Source: an uncultured Pelagibacteraceae bacterium
GTDB lineage: Bacteria; Pseudomonadota; Alphaproteobacteria; Pelagibacterales; AG-422-B15
Direction of reading: 5' to 3'
Assembly (NCBI GenBank): GCA_902622985.1
Contig: CACNSH010000001.1
Location: 64,036-128,035, forward strand
Length of the DNA: 64,000 nt
This document shows, in pieces, positions 58,015 to 64,000 of this stretch. The stretch's first letter is position 1; each line of letters starts with the position of its first letter. The notes below the pieces were generated by a model. It searched no databases and was not told the origin of the DNA. It saw nothing but the letters and a program-made list of their open reading frames with translations. The translations under genes and the position numbers were made by a program.

Positions 58015-59145
58015 TCAATCTAATATAATTTGTTTCAATGTTTCACAATAAGTGTTTATTTGGTCATTGGTGATATTTAATGCACATGGCAAATTAAATC
58101 CTTTTTTTGAAATAGAATAACTAACATTATTTATTTTCTCATACTCTTTTTTCTCGTTGTAGGCGGGTAAAGAAGATAAAGGATAAAAAAATGGACGAGC
58201 AGGTAGATTATAATCAGATAACTTTTCTATAATATGACTACTATCTATTTCATATTGATCTCCAAGAACACATGTTGTTGACCAAACACTATTAAAAGTA
58301 TTTTCTGGTTCAATATTAAAAAATAAATTTGGTACGTCACTTAATTTTTCTTTATATAATTGCCAAATTTCCCTTTTCCTACTTACTAACTCATCGATTC
58401 TTTTTAACTGTGCGTACCCTAATGCAGCCTGAAGATTAAAGGGCATATATTTATATGCTATTTCAGTATTATAGTAAGTTCCTGGTTGACGTCCATGGTC
58501 TCTAAGAAACTTACATCTTTTATAAAACTCTAAATCATCAGTAAGAAGCATTCCACCCTCACCTGTTGTTAAAGTTTTACTTCTATGAAAACTAAATACT
58601 GAAAATGTTCCAAAATTTCCTGATTTTCTTCCCTCGTATATACTGCCTAATGATTCAGCGGCATCTTCAATTATATGAATAGATTTTGTCTTACATAGCT
58701 TTTCAAGCTCATTATAATTAGGCATATTGCCATAAAGATTAACAACAACTACAGCCTTTGTTTTATTTGATATTCTTGCCTCCAATGTTTCTGCAGAAAT
58801 ACACCAATTGTCCCTATCAATGTCAGCAAATTTAGTTTCTGCTCCAATATATTTTATTGCTGATGAAGAACCTATCCAAGTACAATCTGGAACTATAACT
58901 TCATCCTCTTTGTTAACATTAATGCTTAGAAGAGCTAGATGAATTGCCGAGGTGCAATTAGTTGTCATTAAAGCAAATTTTCGATTATGATAACTAGCAA
59001 ATTCATACTCAAACTTTTCTACATACTCATAAGCTTTTGAGCCGTACCAGCCATTTCTTAAAGCATCTATTACTATTTTTTCATCCTCAATACTTATACT
59101 GGGACCAGCCATAAAAATTTGATTATCTTTATTGTTATCTTTCAT
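58015..59145 (-). CDS. DegT/DnrJ/EryC1/StrS family sugar aminotransferase
   Basis: IEDAAESLGS and the PLP-lysine block FSFHRSKTLTTGEGGML. Directly upstream of fdtA, as in fdtA/fdtB pairs. Confidence 0.9.
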   Translation of the reverse strand: MKDNNKDNQIFMAGPSISIEDEKIVIDALRNGWYGSKAYEYVEKFEYEFASYHNRKFALMTTNCTSAIHLALLSINVNKEDEVIVPDCTWIGSSSAIKYIGAETKFADIDRDNWCISAETLEARISNKTKAVVVVNLYGNMPNYNELEKLCKTKSIHIIEDAAESLGSIYEGRKSGNFGTFSVFSFHRSKTLTTGEGGMLLTDDLEFYKRCKFLRDHGRQPGTYYNTEIAYKYMPFNLQAALGYAQLKRIDELVSRKREIWQLYKEKLSDVPNLFFNIEPENTFNSVWSTTCVLGDQYEIDSSHIIEKLSDYNLPARPFFYPLSSLPAYNEKKEYEKINNVSYSISKKGFNLPCALNITNDQINTYCETLKQIILD

Positions 59146-59149
59146 GATT

Positions 59150-60148
59150 TTAATAATTTAGTAATGTATTCTTTATTCTTCTAAAGATACCTTTTAAAAT
59201 TAAAATTCTAATTCTAATTTTAAATACTTGCCAATACTTTTTATCAATTTCAGAGGACAATACTTTTTTTTGGTGTTCAATAAATTTCTTTATACAGTCT
59301 AATATATTAGTGTTTGATTTCGATAATATAAACATTTGACTTCCCATAAATTGTGTTTGCATTTTATATTTGCAGATTTTCGTATCAGCTGTACTCATTT
59401 TTAAAATTTTCATTCTTTCCTTAACAAATAGATAATAATTGTTTTGAGCTTCAAGAAGATTTTCATAATCATCGTTCATTGATTTTGATAAAGAATGTGC
59501 TCTATTAAAGACAAGTTTTTGATTGAGCCAACCTATAATACCATATTGAGATAAAATTACTGGTAATACTGTGTCACTATAAATATTTTGATTTTTTGAT
59601 AGTACAGGTAGTCCATCAATCTTTTTCAAAACCTGCGTTTTTATTAAACCGTAAACTCCTATAAAATTGCACTTATTGCATAAATAGTTTTTTAAAAAAT
59701 CCTTGCTAGAAAAATAAGAACATTCTTTAGAATTTGGAATATATTTAAAAAAATTACTTTTTAATTTTTTTCCTATTGCAAAATTAGGATATATTGCAAC
59801 TAAATTTTTTTTTGACCCAACATTATTAAATAAATATTCTAAAAATTTTGGGTGCATTATATCGTCGTCTGCTAAATAACAAAACCACTCAGATTTAGAT
59901 AATAGCAAAACTTTATTAGAGTTTTTGATTTCTCCAAGATTAGTTTTATTATTTATTATCCTAATGCGACTATCATATTTTATATCCAAGGCCTCAAAAG
60001 ATAGTGGTTTTTCTACATAGTCATTTGCGATTATAAGTTCAAAGTTATTAAAAGTTTGATTTAGAACTGATTGAACAGATTGTTTTAATAATCCAGGCCT
60101 ATTATATGTAGGCAGACATATTGTAATCAATGGAGTTTTGGTTGTCAT
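59150..60148 (-). CDS. Glycosyltransferase family 2
   Basis: ITICLPTYNRPGLLKQSVQSVLNQTF and DxD block LADDDIM. Confidence 0.8.
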   Translation of the reverse strand: MTTKTPLITICLPTYNRPGLLKQSVQSVLNQTFNNFELIIANDYVEKPLSFEALDIKYDSRIRIINNKTNLGEIKNSNKVLLLSKSEWFCYLADDDIMHPKFLEYLFNNVGSKKNLVAIYPNFAIGKKLKSNFFKYIPNSKECSYFSSKDFLKNYLCNKCNFIGVYGLIKTQVLKKIDGLPVLSKNQNIYSDTVLPVILSQYGIIGWLNQKLVFNRAHSLSKSMNDDYENLLEAQNNYYLFVKERMKILKMSTADTKICKYKMQTQFMGSQMFILSKSNTNILDCIKKFIEHQKKVLSSEIDKKYWQVFKIRIRILILKGIFRRIKNTLLNY

Positions 60149-61368
60149 TCTGGAAAAATACCACTCTCATCTATAATAACATGAGATTTAGTAATTTTTC
60201 GGTGAATATCTAGATAAGCATCATGCCCGACTAGTATAACTACAAATTTAGATAATTTTAAACCCTTTGAAAGAGAGCAGAACTTGGTATTTTGTATCTT
60301 AAAATTAGTTAAATGAGGGTCATTAATGTAAAAATTGGCAGGTAAATGACGTTGCAAGTCTCTTACTATTTCTATTGCAGGACTTTCCCTTAAATCGGCA
60401 ATATTTGCCTTATAACTTAATCCTAAAATAAGGATATTTTTTTTACATACGTTCGATGAGTTATATTTTGATATAATTTTCTTTGTAACAATTTTAGTTT
60501 TATCCTTATTTACCAACCGTGCATTTCTAATTAAAGATATTTTCTTTTTATAATTTTCTATTAGAAACCAAGGATCGATAGGAATGCAATGGCCTCCAAC
60601 TCCGATACTTGGATTTAAGATATTCACTCTTGGGTGTTTATTTGCTAAATCAATTACTTTTCTATAACTTACGTTATATTTTTCGCATAAAATTGAAACT
60701 TCATTTGCAAAAGCAATATTCACATCTCTAAAAGAATTTTCTACAAGTTTTGTAAATTCTGCAATTTCAATTGTAGTCAAATAAATTTGACCTTTGACAA
60801 ATATCTTATAGAGATCTTTTGCATATAAAGCCGACTTTTTATTTATTCCTCCTATTATTCTATCATTTCGAATAATTTCATTTAGAGCATTCCCTGGTAA
60901 AACTCTTTCGGGACAATACGCTAATGAATAATTTATTTTCTTTTTTTTAGCTTTGATAATTTTTTGTATTTTTTTAATTGAATTTATCGAAATAGTAGAC
61001 TCAATAATTATTAAATCATCATCTTTGAGAAAATTTAAGATTTCATATATTGCTGAAAAAACAAAATCTATATCAGGTTTATGATTTTCTTTAATAGGTG
61101 TTGGTACACAGACGATGTAAATATCGGCTTCGTCAAGATTTGAAGAAAATGTAATATTTTTATTATTTTTAGTAGATTTATATAGTTCTATAACATCCAA
61201 ATCATTCTCGTTAAGATTTCCATATAAGCCATTTCCTAACTTTTTTATTAAGTTTTCATCTATGTCGTACGCATGAATATTATAATTATTTTTACATAAC
61301 AATAGTGAGAGAGGCAGTCCCACATATCCCTGTCCGATTGTAGCAATTTTAATTTTTTTACTTAACAT
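60145..61368 (-). CDS. wecC: UDP-N-acetyl-D-mannosamine dehydrogenase-like nucleotide-sugar dehydrogenase
   Basis: IATIGQGYVGLP, catalytic block GVGGHCIPIDP. Immediately downstream of wecB. Confidence 0.8.
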   Translation of the reverse strand: MLSKKIKIATIGQGYVGLPLSLLLCKNNYNIHAYDIDENLIKKLGNGLYGNLNENDLDVIELYKSTKNNKNITFSSNLDEADIYIVCVPTPIKENHKPDIDFVFSAIYEILNFLKDDDLIIIESTISINSIKKIQKIIKAKKKKINYSLAYCPERVLPGNALNEIIRNDRIIGGINKKSALYAKDLYKIFVKGQIYLTTIEIAEFTKLVENSFRDVNIAFANEVSILCEKYNVSYRKVIDLANKHPRVNILNPSIGVGGHCIPIDPWFLIENYKKKISLIRNARLVNKDKTKIVTKKIISKYNSSNVCKKNILILGLSYKANIADLRESPAIEIVRDLQRHLPANFYINDPHLTNFKIQNTKFCSLSKGLKLSKFVVILVGHDAYLDIHRKITKSHVIIDESGIFPE

Positions 61369-61373
61369 AGAGT

Positions 61374-62498
61374 TTATAAAATTTTGTTTATTTGATTTAC
61401 TATTTTCTCATATGCCTTTCCATTACCATAAATATTTCTTTTTTTTGACATCTTTTTATAAATTTTCTTTGATTTATATATTTTACTAAATTCACTTAAA
61501 ATTTTTTTCTTATTTGTACCAACTAAAATTGCTGATTGTTTATTTATTGCCTCCGGTCTTTCAGTATAGTTTCTTAATACAAGATTTGGCCTTCCTAAAG
61601 ATGGAGCCTCTTCCTGAATACCTCCAGAATCTGACATAATTAAATCTGACTTACTCATTAAATATATAAAATTCATATAATTGAGGTTATTTATTTTCAA
61701 AATATTTGTTTTAATTTTTAAGTATTTTTTTTCCACTTTTTTTACGTTTGGGTTTGGATGAATAGAGTATATTATTTTTATATTTTGGTTTTCTGATATT
61801 TTATTAATTGCTAAAAATATATTTTTTATTCCCTCACCAAAATTCTCTCTTCTGTGAACACTTATAAGAATTTTGAAACTTTGATCATTTAAGAAATTAT
61901 ATTTAGATTTATAAAAATTAGTTAGTTTAGAATTAGAATAGATTTTTTTTAGAGTAATATGTAAAAGATCAATAACTGTATTTCCAGTAACCAATATTTT
62001 TGATTTTGGAACCCCTTCTAAAATTAAATTTTTTTTTGCTGTTTGAGTGGGCGCAAAATTGAAGTCTGCTATTCCTGATATAAATTTTCTATTAATTTCC
62101 TCAGGCCATGGTGAAAAAATATTAAAGGTCCTCAGTCCAGCTTCTATATGAAATATTTTTGTTTTATGATAAAATGAAATGAGAGCACAACCAAAAGAGG
62201 TACTTGTGTCTCCCTGAACAATAACGCAGTGTGGCTTGTTTTTTTCGAGAATTTTGTCTAATTTTGCAGAAATTTTGCTTAATATTGAGGCAAGTGATTG
62301 ATTTGTCCTAAGAATATTTAAATTATAATCAATTTTTAATTTATAAAATTTTATTAACGGATCCATTAGACCCTTATGCTGCGCGGTATTACATAACAAT
62401 ACTCTATAATTTTTATTACTTTTTAGATGTAATATTACTGGCAATAGCTTTATTAATTCTGGCCTAGTACCAAAACAAATTAGTATCTTTTTTTTCAT
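61374..62498 (-). CDS. wecB: UDP-N-acetylglucosamine 2-epimerase (non-hydrolysing)
   Basis: FGTRPELIKLLPV, HIEAGLRT, SDSGGIQEEAPSLGRP motifs. Confidence 0.9.
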   Translation of the reverse strand: MKKKILICFGTRPELIKLLPVILHLKSNKNYRVLLCNTAQHKGLMDPLIKFYKLKIDYNLNILRTNQSLASILSKISAKLDKILEKNKPHCVIVQGDTSTSFGCALISFYHKTKIFHIEAGLRTFNIFSPWPEEINRKFISGIADFNFAPTQTAKKNLILEGVPKSKILVTGNTVIDLLHITLKKIYSNSKLTNFYKSKYNFLNDQSFKILISVHRRENFGEGIKNIFLAINKISENQNIKIIYSIHPNPNVKKVEKKYLKIKTNILKINNLNYMNFIYLMSKSDLIMSDSGGIQEEAPSLGRPNLVLRNYTERPEAINKQSAILVGTNKKKILSEFSKIYKSKKIYKKMSKKRNIYGNGKAYEKIVNQINKIL

Positions 62499-63286
62499 AA
62501 TTTTTTATACACATAATCAGTGCTGCTTGTCTGTCCTATCAATGAATATCCCTTTGTACTCATAAAAAGTTTTATATTTTTAGACTCTTCTTTTGTTCGT
62601 GACTCAATAAGAAAATAATCTGTATTAATTTTATCAAAATCATATCCATCAAGAACTTCTTTTTCATGACCCTCAACATCTAAAACAAATAAGTTTATAT
62701 GATTATTATCAATGACTTTAGAATTATTTACTACTTCTGTAACAGTAGTTAATGGGATGTCCTCAAGAATTATTTTGTTTCCTAATTCTTTAAGTTTATC
62801 TTCGGAATATTGATCAATCGTTTCATCATTATGATATATTTCACCGCTATGATGTAAATCTAGAAATTTACAACTTTTATTTTTTTTACTTATTTCAAAG
62901 CTTGTGCATGCAGCATTTATAATTTCATCATTTGGACGATAAAGCTTCAATAAATCTAAAAATTTATGATTTGCTTCAACCATAATACCACTCCAGTTTT
63001 TTTTAACAGATAATGAATAAGTTGGACTTGAAAAGTATCCATCTAATGCTCCAATTTCAAAATAGCGACCATTGCTAAAATTTATAAACTCTTCTATATC
63101 TCTATATAGCTTATCAGATTTACCTCCATCGTAAGCATCTCTATAAGGATTCGAATAATGATGAAAATTAATTTTCTCAAAAACTTTAATTAATTTAATA
63201 AATAATATTTTTATAATTTTTTTACTCTTTTGAAGAAAAGAATTACTTATATTTTTTTTTAGTATTTCTTTAATTTTTTTTTTCAT
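62495..63286 (-). CDS. FkbM family methyltransferase
   Basis: YFEIGALDG motif I-like block and FVLDVEGHEKEVLDG. Confidence 0.7.
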   Translation of the reverse strand: MKKKIKEILKKNISNSFLQKSKKIIKILFIKLIKVFEKINFHHYSNPYRDAYDGGKSDKLYRDIEEFINFSNGRYFEIGALDGYFSSPTYSLSVKKNWSGIMVEANHKFLDLLKLYRPNDEIINAACTSFEISKKNKSCKFLDLHHSGEIYHNDETIDQYSEDKLKELGNKIILEDIPLTTVTEVVNNSKVIDNNHINLFVLDVEGHEKEVLDGYDFDKINTDYFLIESRTKEESKNIKLFMSTKGYSLIGQTSSTDYVYKKL

Positions 63287-63293
63287 TATATAT

Positions 63294-64000
63294 TTATTCT
63301 GGTCCCTTTAAAAAAAAATTTTGTCTGTCAGATTCAATAAATAAATTAATATCTCTTATAATTTTTTTATGTTTTTTCTGGTTGAAGTTAGATAAAAAAT
63401 ATTTATAACCTTCAATTTTTTTACCTCCATGGTTTTTTATATTTTCAGTGAATTCACTATAGGATTCAAAAAATAAATCATCTACATATGCATAGTAATA
63501 ATGTATGTAGAAAAATTCATAAATTTCATTAAGTGAAATTTTTTTATCCAGTGTTGATAAATTTAGAAGCATATGATTATAATCTTTTTTACTTTTTGCG
63601 TGCCAGTTAAAATCATATGCTATATGTGGATTATAGGAACAATTTATAACTTTAATTCCTAAAAATGGTAATTCGTGCCCTATAGACCCAAAACATGTAA
63701 GAGCAAAATCTACCTTCTCATCCGCAAGTTGATGAAATGATGTACTTGATGGTAAAAGTTGAAATTTAGGATATTCTTTTATGATGTTATTGAGAGTTTC
63801 AATAGTACCAGGCAAGTAATCAGGATGTGTTTTTATATACCAATCGTAGTCTGTTTCTTTTGATATCTCTCCAAGATAATTAAGCCATTCAAAAAAATCT
63901 AAAAACATCATTTTTCCATATCCATGGGGATTGTCAAAAAAACAATGAGTGCAAATAACAATTTTTATTTTTTTGGATTTTTTTATTATTTGATTTGAAT
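63294..64000 (-). CDS. Hypothetical glycan-biosynthesis protein (N-terminus beyond window edge)
   Basis: The ORF-track start (63911) is internal. By hand, the same frame stays open upstream to the window edge (...SKKIKIVICTHCFFDNPHGYGKMMFLDF...). A loose resemblance (IKTHPDY, GSIGHE) to capsule-synthesis or GT-B-like proteins is not firm. Confidence 0.4.
   Translation of the reverse strand, partial: SNQIIKKSKKIKIVICTHCFFDNPHGYGKMMFLDFFEWLNYLGEISKETDYDWYIKTHPDYLPGTIETLNNIIKEYPKFQLLPSSTSFHQLADEKVDFALTCFGSIGHELPFLGIKVINCSYNPHIAYDFNWHAKSKKDYNHMLLNLSTLDKKISLNEIYEFFYIHYYYAYVDDLFFESYSEFTENIKNHGGKKIEGYKYFLSNFNQKKHKKIIRDINLFIESDRQNFFLKGPE

Noticed and set aside
35215-64000. Classical mobile genomic island, prophage, CRISPR or defence locus.
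   Set aside because: I recognised no integrase, transposase, phage structural genes, cas genes, repeat-spacer array, toxin-antitoxin pair or restriction-modification motifs. All ORFs are explained by glycan biosynthesis.

Overview
The window is visibly AT-rich and very tightly packed, with many ATGA/TAATG start-stop overlaps and few spacers over 100 nt. Gene content and order look alphaproteobacterial. By inference it comes from a streamlined marine SAR11/Pelagibacterales-like genome.

Positions 1-35.2 kb are core genome:
- glmM-folP-ftsH-tilS, followed by a complete Tol-Pal block (cpoB, pal, tolB, tolA, tolR, tolQ)
- yebC, a YmdB-like phosphoesterase, 5-formyl-THF cyclo-ligase and zapA
- tkt-gap-pgk-fba(class I)-efp-suhB
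- rpmE, hsp20, qor, DUF1013, purEK and rpsU
- split transhydrogenase pntAA/pntAB/pntB
- rpmJ, tRNA-Val(GAC) and assorted housekeeping genes

Positions ~35.2-64.0 kb, continuing past the window edge, form an even more AT-rich surface-glycan island of about 29 genes. All but one are on the minus strand. I saw no integrase, transposase, flanking tRNA or repeat.

The island encodes:
- galE, a SET-domain protein, an O-antigen-ligase-family (Wzy_C) protein and a Wzz-like protein
- a PglF/CapD dehydratase and a PglC-like phosphoglycosyltransferase
- 6 glycosyltransferases and 5 methyltransferases
- a UDP-sulfoquinovose-synthase (SQD1/SqdB/Agl3) homologue
- a split ArnA-like module (formyltransferase, decarboxylase-like SDR, sugar dehydrogenase, aminotransferase)
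- RmlA, an FdtA-type ketoisomerase, a TylCIII/TcaB9-like sugar C-methyltransferase, and WecB/WecC

I added five genes by hand that the ORF track misses:
- glmM, truncated at the window edge
- rpsU, with an apparent ATA start
- rpmJ
- a 36-aa membrane ORF upstream of pntAA
- a 44-aa basic ORF coupled to rpmJ

The leads I consider most worth following are:
- the sulfoquinovose synthase inside the glycan island
- an Hjc/VRR-NUC-like PD-(D/E)XK protein in the slot normally held by ruvCAB-ybgC
- the predicted formylated and C-methyl-branched amino-sugar pathways

All functional calls rest on motifs read by eye. No database search was run, and hand-derived coordinates were counted manually.
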